Source of the DNA: a virus
Length of the DNA: 64,000 nt
Strand: one strand, 5' to 3'
IMG/VR virus record: IMGVR_UViG_3300021961_008157
Shown one piece after another: positions 27,167 to 37,253 of this stretch. Numbering within the stretch: position 1 is the first letter of the stretch; each line of letters begins with the position of its first letter. The position numbers and the translations under genes are program-made. A model generated the notes under the pieces. The model did not search any database. It was not told the origin of the DNA and worked only from the letters and a program-made list of their open reading frames with translations.

Positions 27167-27619
27167 TTAGATTTTTACATTAAGGTTAGGACGAGAAATT
27201 TCATATTTGATCAAGCAGCCATTCTCGCCATCTTCTGCCACTTCGATCCATACAGCCCTTTCGGGGTATCGGTTTGCAATTTGCAGATACAAATCATCTG
27301 CAATCATTTCACAACTTTTATAGTTCAGTTCTAGCGTTCCACCAGCATAAAGATTCTCTAGCCAGCGTTTAAACTGAATAAACTCAATGTCGCGATCATT
27401 ATGGAACACATCAATCCATACGCGAAAGTGAAAGATATGCCTGTGGGGCACACCTAGAAAGGATACATCATACTCGTCGCCTGTAGCCAGTGCGGGATCG
27501 CTTGCAGCCGCGGGATATTTGTGTACCCCTTCTTTTCTAAACGTGACCCAAATCTTGCGTTCAGCTTGACTCATTATTCTTGCTGCTGTTTCAGCCAGTG
27601 CTTGTTCTCTTGGATTCAT
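27167..27619 (-). CDS. dpdL: QueD paralog, DpdL-like (putative CDG decarboxylase)
   Basis: T-fold features with LGVPHRHIF (LxxxHRHxF), SCEMIA, EDGENG. Confidence 0.7.
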   Translation of the reverse strand: MNPREQALAETAARIMSQAERKIWVTFRKEGVHKYPAAASDPALATGDEYDVSFLGVPHRHIFHFRVWIDVFHNDRDIEFIQFKRWLENLYAGGTLELNYKSCEMIADDLYLQIANRYPERAVWIEVAEDGENGCLIKYEISRPNLNVKI

Positions 27620-28122
27620 AATACTTCATCCTTGGTATATTTAGACCAGTCCGTAAATGCCTTCCGATCCATTAGATCGTGCAAACTATGACACCATACT
27701 CCGGGGTTGGTGGCTCGGAAATCTTTGTCGTCAATTTTAATTGTGGCATTATAACCCAACTGCTGTAGGTAAGGCAGTTTAACTGAAATCATAGGAATAA
27801 AGTTGGGGTATTCAGCTAATCCGCCTTCGATTAGGCCTTCTACACAACTTGCATCAACATCGAGTGTACACCAATAGCCTTTTTGTAGAAATGGTGTAAT
27901 CATCTGTTCCCAATGCTGCCAATCAGGCGAGTTAGTTGACAACCTAGGAAAGCTCATATTGGCACCAAAATAAACATGCTCGCGGCCTTGTAGGTGAGCA
28001 GCAACGTCATCAACTGGTTGTACGCCAATAACAAATAGAGTTTTTAATCCGTGTGCGGGCGTGTGTTCTACTTCGACGCCGGTAAAGAAGTTTACCGATT
28101 CGTCATATCCATCTCTTTTCAT
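27616..28122 (-). CDS. hypothetical protein between dpdA and dpdL
   Basis: 168 aa, coupled by overlaps on both sides. Confidence 0.75.
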   Translation of the reverse strand: MKRDGYDESVNFFTGVEVEHTPAHGLKTLFVIGVQPVDDVAAHLQGREHVYFGANMSFPRLSTNSPDWQHWEQMITPFLQKGYWCTLDVDASCVEGLIEGGLAEYPNFIPMISVKLPYLQQLGYNATIKIDDKDFRATNPGVWCHSLHDLMDRKAFTDWSKYTKDEVL

Positions 28123-29687
28123 AGCATTAGATCGTGTTCGAGTTTATCTAGGTTTTTGCTGTCAAGTTCGTCGTTGTCAGATTGTACTACAGAGTCGGCT
28201 TCTTCGTCAACCACTTCAAACAAGTTATTAAACTGAGTTCGGGCATTTTTAGCCTTTTTACCCTTAAAACCTCTAGTGCCCACAATGTCCATCCAATAAC
28301 GGTCATAACTTTCGATAATGGCTTCGGATTCAGCTCGATCAGGCGTGGCAAAAATGGCTTCTACAATGTCTTCAAAACGAGTGTGATCACCGTTTGCATC
28401 CCACATCATTCGCGGCCGGGAGCCGTTATCAAAATCACGATTGGCACGTTGTACCGACTCAATGTGTATCCAAACATTGTGTGCCATTAGTAAAGCATAC
28501 GAAAAACTATCCCACGATGTTTTGCCTTCTTTACCAATCTTATTAAGATCGCCGGGCTTGTAGTAGCAGATGTCCTTCATTTGCAGTTGGCGGCTTATGG
28601 GACTTTCGTCAAAACAATCAACCAAACCATCGGCTACCACTGCGGGCCCAAACGGGCGAGTATCGGTGGCATACTTTTTATCATCCACAATGGGGTTCAT
28701 ACGATAACTCCACTTGCCATCATACGGCAGTACAATTTCGTGATAAACTTGTCCATTGGCTGTGGCTAGGAATGGACTTGCACAATCAAAGGAAATGGTA
28801 AAGTTAGGATTAACATACTTTCTAACCGCCCTTTGAATCACAGTGAGTAGCACAGCCCATTCCAACTTAGAGGTGCCTAGGAAGTGCATCCAATCGTGTA
28901 CGCCGGCTTGTAGTAGATTATCATGGCGTAGTGCTACCAAACGCTTGAGCACTAGATGTACATCGCACATGTTTTGTCCACCCATGGACCAACCATTAAA
29001 GTGTGTGTCGGGATACTTGACAGGATCGCAGTACTCTTTCATGATGTCATACCAGCGATCAGCGTCAGCGTGATTGGCACCTTGCAGCACGTTTAGTATT
29101 TTCATACCACCATTTTTGACGCCACGGCGGTGTTTCATAAAGTATTCGTTGTTATACTTTGTTGCGTCAACTGCTTCTTGTAGTGTGCTAATACCGCAAG
29201 CAGAGCTGGCTTTCTTATCGTGTATAACCCATGTGGGAATATCCAGTGTCATACCATAGTCGGCAACACCGTCCAACCACTTGAGTACAGCTTCACGACG
29301 TTTTTGTGCCTTAGGGCAACCGGAGTTGGCTTTCCAGTCGCCTTCCCAAAGTCCCTTGGCAATTTGGAATCCGCCCGAGTCGCCTAGCATTAGTGTGCCG
29401 GGCTCACGATTCCGAACCATGTCCTCAGACCAGTCTTGCTTGTTAAGATCAAGATTGGCATGACCACCTGAGTACAAACTCCATTTATATGGGAACAATG
29501 CCTGCTGACTGTTAAGCCAGTTTAACCCCTCCATGTCTTGTATACCCGCGGGCATACGAGATGGTTCCACATAAGGACCCCCTACTGGATCACGCTGTTT
29601 GCCTATAAAGGTAGCGTAAAATCCACTGATGGCCGGCAAAAAGATGGCGTAATCGTTTTGCTTGGCCGTTAAGTTGTCTTGTGTCAC
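28119..29687 (-). CDS. dpdA: TGT-family transglycosylase (DNA deazaguanine transglycosylase, DpdA-like)
   Basis: DSGGFQ, LDIP, VLQG, HFLG, SFDCASP, HN motifs; lies between replication and que genes. Confidence 0.8.
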   Translation of the reverse strand: MTQDNLTAKQNDYAIFLPAISGFYATFIGKQRDPVGGPYVEPSRMPAGIQDMEGLNWLNSQQALFPYKWSLYSGGHANLDLNKQDWSEDMVRNREPGTLMLGDSGGFQIAKGLWEGDWKANSGCPKAQKRREAVLKWLDGVADYGMTLDIPTWVIHDKKASSACGISTLQEAVDATKYNNEYFMKHRRGVKNGGMKILNVLQGANHADADRWYDIMKEYCDPVKYPDTHFNGWSMGGQNMCDVHLVLKRLVALRHDNLLQAGVHDWMHFLGTSKLEWAVLLTVIQRAVRKYVNPNFTISFDCASPFLATANGQVYHEIVLPYDGKWSYRMNPIVDDKKYATDTRPFGPAVVADGLVDCFDESPISRQLQMKDICYYKPGDLNKIGKEGKTSWDSFSYALLMAHNVWIHIESVQRANRDFDNGSRPRMMWDANGDHTRFEDIVEAIFATPDRAESEAIIESYDRYWMDIVGTRGFKGKKAKNARTQFNNLFEVVDEEADSVVQSDNDELDSKNLDKLEHDLML

Positions 29688-30406
29688 TTGCTTTGTGCGG
29701 GGAGGATATAGTTATAAACAGCCAGACCAGAATCAACAGTGATCATTGCGGCGCCGTCGTCGCTGATCTTAACCACTTTGTCGCCAGTAAGGTCCATAAT
29801 GCCAATAAAAGTTTTAATGGGCCAAGACCAAGCACGTTTAAGTTGGCCTTTAACACCAGGTTGGAATACAAAATTACCAGCGTGTGTGCTGTGATCGCCA
29901 AAGAAAAACATTAAATTACCACCGTCAGTTTTGGCTTGGAAGTTTACTTCTTCGGCATTAGCCTGTGCTTGCATTTTTAATCGCATGATGCTGGCTACTG
30001 TGGGTTCAAATTCAATGTGCCAGTTAGCACCTTTAAACTTGATTGTTTTTAGTTTTTCATTGACAATTTCACTGGCCATAAAGCGATAGCTGTTTTTAAA
30101 ATCGCCTGTGGCATTTTCAAAGTTAATACCATCGGGCTCACCAGTGGCGCGCCGTGTGATACTGAGCTTGGCATTTTCGCGATACTCTTGAAGGTTAAGC
30201 AAAATTTTCAGTTTGCTTAAATTTGGCATACCAAAGTTGCCAATAAAGTCCGCAATGGGGTTGGCAAATTTGCCCTCTACTACTACAGAACGGTCTTCGG
30301 CTAGTCCCGAAATAACTGTTTCTTTATCGTCGCCAGTAATTTTGACCAAATCAATTACACCCAAATCAAGTGTGTGTTCAACCAAGTCCAGTAAATGATC
30401 TCTCAT
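29684..30406 (-). CDS. DNA polymerase sliding clamp (gp45-like)
   Basis: 240 aa, beta-rich, ends YNYILPAQ, near the polymerase. Confidence 0.65.
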   Translation of the reverse strand: MRDHLLDLVEHTLDLGVIDLVKITGDDKETVISGLAEDRSVVVEGKFANPIADFIGNFGMPNLSKLKILLNLQEYRENAKLSITRRATGEPDGINFENATGDFKNSYRFMASEIVNEKLKTIKFKGANWHIEFEPTVASIMRLKMQAQANAEEVNFQAKTDGGNLMFFFGDHSTHAGNFVFQPGVKGQLKRAWSWPIKTFIGIMDLTGDKVVKISDDGAAMITVDSGLAVYNYILPAQSK

Positions 30407-30439
30407 GTGTTAATTCTCCTATTGTGTATTGTAAGTGAT

Positions 30440-31423
30440 TTATTTAGATTTAGCAAGTGTTTTAGGAATTATTTTTGCCAATGCTTGCCCGCCTTTTAAG
30501 CTGCCAATTGTTCCGGGTTTGACCAATTCCAACCAAGTGACGTTTTGTGTATTGTTCCAAGAAAATTGTGTGCGATAGCCAATTTTTCGAGCTGCTGCCC
30601 TAACACGCTTACCGGGTGTGTAAAAGCAGTAGTGCCTCTCAACTAATTCTACAGCATGATAGCGATCGCAATCGTTAAAAGTCATTGCCAGTGTGCCTCC
30701 AGGTCTTAATTTTTTATAAATGTTTTCAAGATAGCTTTCCAATACTTCCATAGACACAAATTCAAAAAAGTTAAATGCAAGACACAAGCCCATTTGGTTG
30801 TTGGGCAACTCCGATAATAAATCAGTGTCTGTTGGTAATTGGGGATAGATGCGTAATCGATTTTTGTAATCGTCGTTAAATTTAGACAGAGCCGGCTCTA
30901 ATAGTTCATTACTATAATCAACCAAATAAAGAGGATCAAGTGCTACTAGGTCATCTATAAAAGATTCTGTTGCTGGCCTAATAATCAAGCCAGCACACTT
31001 CCAGTCAGCTAGCGATTTTAAGCGATTTTGCAACATTGTCTTGGCTTCGTCGGAAATTGTTAAGCGTCGATCTAGAATCTGCTGATCAACTTTTTTATCT
31101 GTTTCTTCACCAAGAGTCTTATAATTGTTTGCAATTACAGCATACCGTGCTGAACTGCTTTCATAGTAGTCTTTTTCCGCAAACTCAATCATAAGATCAA
31201 GCTCGCGTATTAGCTCATTTAGTGTAGATCCAAACTGATTAAATGTATCAATAAGATTGTATAAATCTTCTTCAATAGTTTCAGTAAATGTGCGCGGCTG
31301 TATGACACTGGTTTTAACGGTATGAACAACATCTGACAATTTGTGCCGTGCCTGATACTGTATGTCCTCAATGTCATACTTTTGTAGTTGATTGCGATAT
31401 GCAATAAGTTCACTTAATTTCAT
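30440..31423 (-). CDS. coiled-coil plus methyltransferase-like protein
   Basis: C-terminal LRPGG Rossmann-like segment. Confidence 0.5.
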   Translation of the reverse strand: MKLSELIAYRNQLQKYDIEDIQYQARHKLSDVVHTVKTSVIQPRTFTETIEEDLYNLIDTFNQFGSTLNELIRELDLMIEFAEKDYYESSSARYAVIANNYKTLGEETDKKVDQQILDRRLTISDEAKTMLQNRLKSLADWKCAGLIIRPATESFIDDLVALDPLYLVDYSNELLEPALSKFNDDYKNRLRIYPQLPTDTDLLSELPNNQMGLCLAFNFFEFVSMEVLESYLENIYKKLRPGGTLAMTFNDCDRYHAVELVERHYCFYTPGKRVRAAARKIGYRTQFSWNNTQNVTWLELVKPGTIGSLKGGQALAKIIPKTLAKSK

Positions 31424-31426
31424 ACA

Positions 31427-34084
31427 TTACCATTCAAATAAAGTTTGGAATGTGTTTTCAGTGTTAGTGGCACTGGTCAAATCCCACTCAAGCACACCTA
31501 GCAAATTGTCGATCTTTTGATCAACCACAGTGGCTTCCATAGCACCGTCATCAAATGGCAGTTCCTTAAACCACTCGGGCAGTCGCTGTTCATCTGTGGG
31601 ATAACCAATACTGGTCCAGCCCAGTGGATTAGCTTTTAGCTTGCACACAATAGTTTTCATACCATCAACAATTTGCATTGAGTAGTTATCGCCATTCATA
31701 CGCCGTAAATTATTCCAGTTAAGTGCTGCTCTAACGTGCCCGGGCATGTTGGCTTTGCCTAACCGTTCTTCCTCAGCGGCATACTTGGTTAAGTTATTAA
31801 CACGTTTGGGACTGCCCTTTTCCCAACCTGGGCGATCCATGAACGTATACTTAAATTCGCGTATGCGTTCAACAATCTTGTCCCGCGGATGACCACTCAG
31901 AGCCATGTTCAATATTTCTAACAAAAAATCTTGAATCACACGCGGAGTATCACTGCGTTTTAGATCCAAGCCCATGACCTTGGTCTTGCCAATAGCACCG
32001 TTAATGTCTAGGCGTTTGCCTTCAAGATCAACAATGTTTACAGCATAACGCTTTTTAGTAATAAACAAGCCACGATCGGCTACCAGTTCGCGACCAGCCC
32101 GGATCAACGCCCCCATTTCTCGCGGGCAGTGAAATGCTTGTTCCATAAATCCCGGGAAAGAGCCATTCACTTGTTCAGCAATAGAATCATACAGCGCAAT
32201 ACAAGTTTCTTTGTTCCATTCCATGTTTCCTGCTTCAACTTCTTTTTTCACTGCGTGCCAAGCAGTAAAGTAACAACTGTCAGTGTCGCCATAAATGATA
32301 GCGTCGCCCACATGGTCATATACACCAGTGATACACTCATTGATATATGCATCCATGTGCTTGGCAATTGAACGACCTGTTAGCGTAGTTGATTGTCCAA
32401 TCCGATGATCAAAGAAACGGCATCCAGGATTTAAAATAGCGCCATACAAACTGTTTAGATTAATTTTCTTAACCAATTGACGCTTGTCCCAAAACGCTTC
32501 TTCTTTTTTATCCTTTGCATCGCGTTTCTTGGCTTGCATTTCCTTACGCTCCGCATACCAACGCTCCAACAATCCGGGAATGATACCTTTCTTTTCATAT
32601 GTAAGAATAGTGCCATTGGCCGACAATATCCATGGACGATTCGAATCAAATATAATGGACCAAATTTCCGCAGCCGAGTACACATCCGACTCGCCAGACT
32701 GCCAGTCAACGGTGATTTCAGTGCCGCGTTGTTGTTCCATAACAGCAGTATACTCTAAACTGCCAAACAATCCCTCCCACGCCGCTGCAAAACTTTGTCC
32801 ACTGTTGATTTTATCTTTGATGTATCTATCAGTCATGATAGGACGCAGTTGCCCCACAACTGTTTCGGGTCCCATGTTCATAGCACGAATCGCTGACGGA
32901 TATAGACTGTTAATGTCCACTGATCCAATCCACTCGCTCATGCCCTTCTTGGGATAAGCCACATATGCACCGGCCGCTTGTGTGTTGTCATCAGTTAGGC
33001 GCTGCTGCCGATTGGGCACAACCATGCCCCGCTCGTGTGCTTCGTTAATAATAGCCTGCTCAGTCACAGCCACAGCACCCATGGTGGTCTGTAGCAACAC
33101 AGTATTAGCATGTGCCAGCGTGTTGGCTAGATCTAGAAACTGTAGTTTTTTGTCTAACTTGTTTAGTAGTGCTGTGTCTTGGCGGTTGTATGCAATAAAC
33201 GTTTTGAAGTGCTGGTTATACAGTTGATCCAGCGTACCTTCAAACTGTGTCTTACGCTCGCCCAACTCGTATTCAGCAATAGCATCTAGACTATAACTGT
33301 GCCGTTCTTCATAAGTGTATTTCCGATACAACTGCATATAGTCCATATGCACACGACCAATCAAGTCATAAGTTTCTTGCTCGGCACCAAAGCGTTCAAA
33401 CTTCCGTGGCTTGGGAAACTGCCCCCAAAGGCAAAACTTTCGTGTATCGTCCTTGCTGAGTATGCGTGTGATGCGATTGATAGTGTAAGGAATATCATAG
33501 CCTTCGGAGTTCCACCCACTAAGCACATCTGCATCGTCGATCAGGTCCAGGAACATTTTGAGCATGTCCGCTTCGTTGTCAAACAAAAATGTGTTATCAA
33601 ACTCGGCAACCAACTCTTGTGCTGTTTCCATGCTAATGGAACGCGGAGGCACAGCCAGCGTTACCAACTGATCCAGCCAATCCAGGTATACCGAAATCGC
33701 TGTTATGGCGTTGAATGGATCTTCGGTGGGCGAAAAGCCGCGAACCTTGTCAAAGTCTACTTCAATGTCGAAAAATGCTGTTTGTAGTACAGGGGAGTCG
33801 GCATCTTTATAGTTTTCTTCAAAGCAGCGAAAGATAGGATTGATATCGCTTTCATACAACTGCTTGCTGCTGTGCATTCGAATTTCTTTGCGAAATTCTT
33901 TGTTGTTCCGAGTGGAGAATCTGCTGACTGGTGTGCCGTAGATGCTTTGAAACTTACCCCGCGGGTCATCGTAATAAAAAACAAAACTAGCAGGATATTC
34001 TTTATAGACACGATGACCATTTACACGCTCTACAACGTGAATGCGATCAGAATCTCTATCAAATAGTGCATCTACATATGACAT
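31427..34084 (-). CDS. family B DNA polymerase
   Basis: exonuclease FDIE, GWNSEGYD, YNRQD; polymerase DINSLYPS, KINLNSLYG, YGDTDS, KKRY. Confidence 0.97.
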   Translation of the reverse strand: MSYVDALFDRDSDRIHVVERVNGHRVYKEYPASFVFYYDDPRGKFQSIYGTPVSRFSTRNNKEFRKEIRMHSSKQLYESDINPIFRCFEENYKDADSPVLQTAFFDIEVDFDKVRGFSPTEDPFNAITAISVYLDWLDQLVTLAVPPRSISMETAQELVAEFDNTFLFDNEADMLKMFLDLIDDADVLSGWNSEGYDIPYTINRITRILSKDDTRKFCLWGQFPKPRKFERFGAEQETYDLIGRVHMDYMQLYRKYTYEERHSYSLDAIAEYELGERKTQFEGTLDQLYNQHFKTFIAYNRQDTALLNKLDKKLQFLDLANTLAHANTVLLQTTMGAVAVTEQAIINEAHERGMVVPNRQQRLTDDNTQAAGAYVAYPKKGMSEWIGSVDINSLYPSAIRAMNMGPETVVGQLRPIMTDRYIKDKINSGQSFAAAWEGLFGSLEYTAVMEQQRGTEITVDWQSGESDVYSAAEIWSIIFDSNRPWILSANGTILTYEKKGIIPGLLERWYAERKEMQAKKRDAKDKKEEAFWDKRQLVKKINLNSLYGAILNPGCRFFDHRIGQSTTLTGRSIAKHMDAYINECITGVYDHVGDAIIYGDTDSCYFTAWHAVKKEVEAGNMEWNKETCIALYDSIAEQVNGSFPGFMEQAFHCPREMGALIRAGRELVADRGLFITKKRYAVNIVDLEGKRLDINGAIGKTKVMGLDLKRSDTPRVIQDFLLEILNMALSGHPRDKIVERIREFKYTFMDRPGWEKGSPKRVNNLTKYAAEEERLGKANMPGHVRAALNWNNLRRMNGDNYSMQIVDGMKTIVCKLKANPLGWTSIGYPTDEQRLPEWFKELPFDDGAMEATVVDQKIDNLLGVLEWDLTSATNTENTFQTLFEW

Positions 34085-34157
34085 AACAAAATCCGTTTAT
34101 GGCCGGCAGCCGTGATACATGCTCGTAGCGTGAGCGACTCGTTGTGAATGCTACTAC

Positions 34158-34415
34158 TTATAGCGTTTTGCCTACAGTGGTCAAAATAGTTTCTAGTAGC
34201 TCGTGATCCTGCTGCTCTTTACCAAATTCAGCTTTGTGTGCCAGTTTGATGGCTTTTTTCAGAATAGCTGGTTTGATTTCCAGTTCTTCTGCCACTGCTT
34301 TAATAGTATCGCTTAGGCCACCTTGTAATGATTCAATTTCATGCATCACAGTCATGCCTTCGTTAATGATCTGTGTAAGTTTGATTTTTTGGTCGCCGTT
34401 GAATGTTTTGGTCAT
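34158..34415 (-). CDS. small dsDNA-binding protein (T4 DsbA/GapR-like)
   Basis: helical, DTIKAVAEELEIKPAILKKAIK; GGAG RBS. Confidence 0.55.
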   Translation of the reverse strand: MTKTFNGDQKIKLTQIINEGMTVMHEIESLQGGLSDTIKAVAEELEIKPAILKKAIKLAHKAEFGKEQQDHELLETILTTVGKTL

Positions 34416-34437
34416 AAAATACTCCAATTAAAAATGT

Positions 34438-34466
34438 AGTATACACAATAAGACAAGCAAAGTCAA
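34438..34466 (-). promoter_or_regulatory. sigma70-type promoter for the replication operon
   Basis: TTGACT-N17-TATACT. Confidence 0.65.
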
Positions 34467-34482
34467 CAGTTTTGGTGCAGTA

Positions 34483-35571
34483 TTATCTGAATTTGTTTAA
34501 TATTTTGTTAGCGGTTTGTTCATTATTGTCCTGGCATTTTTTTCTGAAATCTCCCGACCAGACATAATCGTTGTTGTGTTCAGTACTGTTCCGGGTCATT
34601 AACTCAATGTCGTTAGTAGTGTAATTAGCAAGACTTTTTATCAAATTAACTATTCCCTGCATTCGAGTAATATTTCCCGGATCGTTGTCCCAACTTAAAT
34701 CTAGTTCACCATAATCAAATTCAAATCCCAAATCACGCAGATGTTTATATGATTCAAATTGTCCAACAGGTACAAAAGGAGTTCCAGCAATTAAACATTT
34801 ATATAACTTTTCTGAAAATGATGGCCCTGGTATAATAACATCACCAAATTCATTAATCATGCGACTGTAATGAAAACTCTCGCCCACAAAGTGCAATGCT
34901 GACTCTAAATATGTTGATTGCCAGGGGTTTGAATTTACGTGCTGATTATTATCAATCGCGTTGTTAAACTCATCAATGGCAATTGTTTTTCCCAGCCATT
35001 TGGATTGAAATGTACTCATTAATCCGTCGAGTTCGCTGTTGCCGGTTGGCACCCAATGGTGTACATTTTTAAGCTCGACCCAGTCGCTGAGTTTAACCAG
35101 CAATTCTTCTCGTTTGATATACTCCATTAACGCAGTAAACACTATTGCTTTAGATTGTGTTATTCGATTGCAGATATTACTGATTTTGTATTTGATTGTG
35201 CGTGTCTGTTGATTGGGAAATCTTTGAATAATTCTGTGTATGTGTTCGTGCCAACTATGATATTGATAAAAATAAACATTATCAAGAAATGGAAAATCAT
35301 AGTCAGATCCATCACACAATACAATAATCGGCTCTGATATTCTAGCTGCCTGACTCATAACCCATTCAGTGTCGAATCTTTCTTGATGAAATAGTAGGAC
35401 ATAGGTTGAATGACCTAAGGGTAGATTAATGGGGTTGTTCGATGAACTAGGTATACACGGCCAAAGTGCAAAGTATGTGTCTTTGGGTAAGTCTTCTAAC
35501 CAATTTAGTTCGTCGATTTCCAGTGGGAATGTTGGACGACCAAAAAATTGATCAGGCATAATGTATTTCAT
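34483..35571 (-). CDS. hypothetical protein, paralog of 8970-9941 and 9935-10870
   Basis: FSEKLYKCL...PF...LGFEFDY...SWD. Confidence 0.6.
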   Translation of the reverse strand: MKYIMPDQFFGRPTFPLEIDELNWLEDLPKDTYFALWPCIPSSSNNPINLPLGHSTYVLLFHQERFDTEWVMSQAARISEPIIVLCDGSDYDFPFLDNVYFYQYHSWHEHIHRIIQRFPNQQTRTIKYKISNICNRITQSKAIVFTALMEYIKREELLVKLSDWVELKNVHHWVPTGNSELDGLMSTFQSKWLGKTIAIDEFNNAIDNNQHVNSNPWQSTYLESALHFVGESFHYSRMINEFGDVIIPGPSFSEKLYKCLIAGTPFVPVGQFESYKHLRDLGFEFDYGELDLSWDNDPGNITRMQGIVNLIKSLANYTTNDIELMTRNSTEHNNDYVWSGDFRKKCQDNNEQTANKILNKFR

Positions 35572-35582
35572 GCCATTATATA

Positions 35583-35670
35583 GCTCACTTTGTAGGTCAC
35601 GGTAGCGATTCGCTTCCTACGCCCAGCAGCCGGGCAACACCACGGTAACTAGTACCGGTCCTAAGGTGTG
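35583..35670 (-). ncRNA. unclassified structured RNA (~88 nt)
   Basis: GC-rich intergenic; helices ACACC/GGTGT, CGGTA/TACCG, GCCC/GGGC, GTAGG/CCTAC; possible TCGCT/AGTGA pseudoknot. Confidence 0.55.
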
Positions 35671-35675
35671 TTCTT

Positions 35676-37253
35676 TTACTTGCCGGCTACAGCCAGCGCA
35701 GCACCTTTGTTAAAACTGGGACTCCAGGGACTATTAGCCTGCTGTAATCCCTTACTCTTGCTCCATTCATAGCCAGCACGATGTCCCGAACAGTCTTTAG
35801 TGCACTCACTGCCCAAAAACTTTAGTTCATTCAGTTCATCTTTAAATCCGCTCAAGTTGCGCTCAACCTGACTGACCCAAGCACTAACATCACTGGAACC
35901 AATTTCTTCCACATCGCCTACAAATTCAGCAACACTATCAATGGCGTCACCTACAGCAAAAGGTCCATATTTTTGTAATAAGTCTGCTCGCTGCCTTAAG
36001 ATGCGGTTTGTAATAGCATTGGCCACAGGATTGTCTTCTTGGCCTTCGTCCACACCTTGCTGTTCATGCATATCGCGAAGCTCTTTATACTTGTCTAGTA
36101 AGTCTTTGTGTTTGCCAATCTCAGTTGATTTCAATCCATAGCGAGCAGTTTTAGCGTTGTCTAAATGATATTTGGCTCTCTTATGATCACCACGTTCATG
36201 GGCATCGATAGCCTTCTTCATAGTTGTGGCAAACGACGATTCCGCTACACCTTGTAGTTCTTTTTGTGTGGCGCCTGCTTTACGAGCAGCTTCAGCATCT
36301 TTAGAATCTTTTGTCTTGCGATATTTTGCTAATAATTCTTTGCGGGTGCCACCTTGACTTGGGGGATTGTAATCTGTGGCACTTGCGGTTTCATCCACAC
36401 CGTGTTCAGGCTTAACATCCACAACCTTAGCCATACTATGATGCTTTAGGAAACGCTCACGAGCAGAACGAGGACCAGTCATACCCCGAACACGGAACTT
36501 TTTAACCTTACCGTCTACTTCAGCAGTGACAATGTAATCGCGAACCATTTGAGCAGCGGCTTGTAGACCACTTGGATCTAATGCTGCTTCATCCATATCG
36601 TCACGGAACTCACCGCTGTCGTGCATACGTGCTTCTTCTTCGTCACTATCAGCATAGTCGTTAAAACTTACATCGCTAGAGTGAAAACTATGCTTACCGT
36701 GATTGTATAAGTTTACAATAACAAAACGCTTGTCTTGACCAAAATCATCAATAACGCCAGTTGCACCATTGAACTCAACGTTGCCAGTGATAACAACATC
36801 ATCACCAATGTTTAAGCCTTCTGCGGATTCCGCCACACCTTCTTTTACGCTGTCAATGATTGCTTTAATTTGCTTCAAGTGATTTAATTTACTTGCTAAT
36901 TGTTTAGCATTAGCATATTGGCTGCCAGATGTTGTGCGCTCATAGTCGCCATATCTTTTTAATTCATTTGCAACTTGTGTAATTTCAGCATCAATGTTAG
37001 GATGCTTTGCTGCCCAACCTTGTGCAATGCGCTGGTCTCTTTCGCTACTTTGCGCATCACCTTCACTCATACCCGAGCGTAGTTTCTTGCTAAACTCCTG
37101 AGCGCTTTTCTTTTCAGCTTTTTGGAAACGGCGTTCAATGTCTTTTAACCCGCGTCTGTGTTCGCGATCAATTTTCTTATCTTGTGCCGCAAGTTTATCT
37201 ATAACATCCTGAAAAGGATTGGCATTTTCATTGAAAAGGTCGTTTAAGTTCAT
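35676..37253 (-). CDS. modular polyprotein-like (probable internal head) protein
   Basis: about 8 unrelated 50-80 aa modules separated by GMSE, EGVAE, DMDE, HGVDE, QGVAE, QGVDE, ELNE. Confidence 0.7.
   Translation of the reverse strand: MNLNDLFNENANPFQDVIDKLAAQDKKIDREHRRGLKDIERRFQKAEKKSAQEFSKKLRSGMSEGDAQSSERDQRIAQGWAAKHPNIDAEITQVANELKRYGDYERTTSGSQYANAKQLASKLNHLKQIKAIIDSVKEGVAESAEGLNIGDDVVITGNVEFNGATGVIDDFGQDKRFVIVNLYNHGKHSFHSSDVSFNDYADSDEEEARMHDSGEFRDDMDEAALDPSGLQAAAQMVRDYIVTAEVDGKVKKFRVRGMTGPRSARERFLKHHSMAKVVDVKPEHGVDETASATDYNPPSQGGTRKELLAKYRKTKDSKDAEAARKAGATQKELQGVAESSFATTMKKAIDAHERGDHKRAKYHLDNAKTARYGLKSTEIGKHKDLLDKYKELRDMHEQQGVDEGQEDNPVANAITNRILRQRADLLQKYGPFAVGDAIDSVAEFVGDVEEIGSSDVSAWVSQVERNLSGFKDELNELKFLGSECTKDCSGHRAGYEWSKSKGLQQANSPWSPSFNKGAALAVAGK

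Noticed and set aside
15457-29687. Complete queuosine tRNA pathway
   Set aside because: No queC, queF, queA or queG seen; context beside the clamp and polymerase favours DNA modification, although genes could lie outside the window.
31427-34084. Intein or intron in DNA polymerase
   Set aside because: Length and motif spacing are normal for a family B polymerase.
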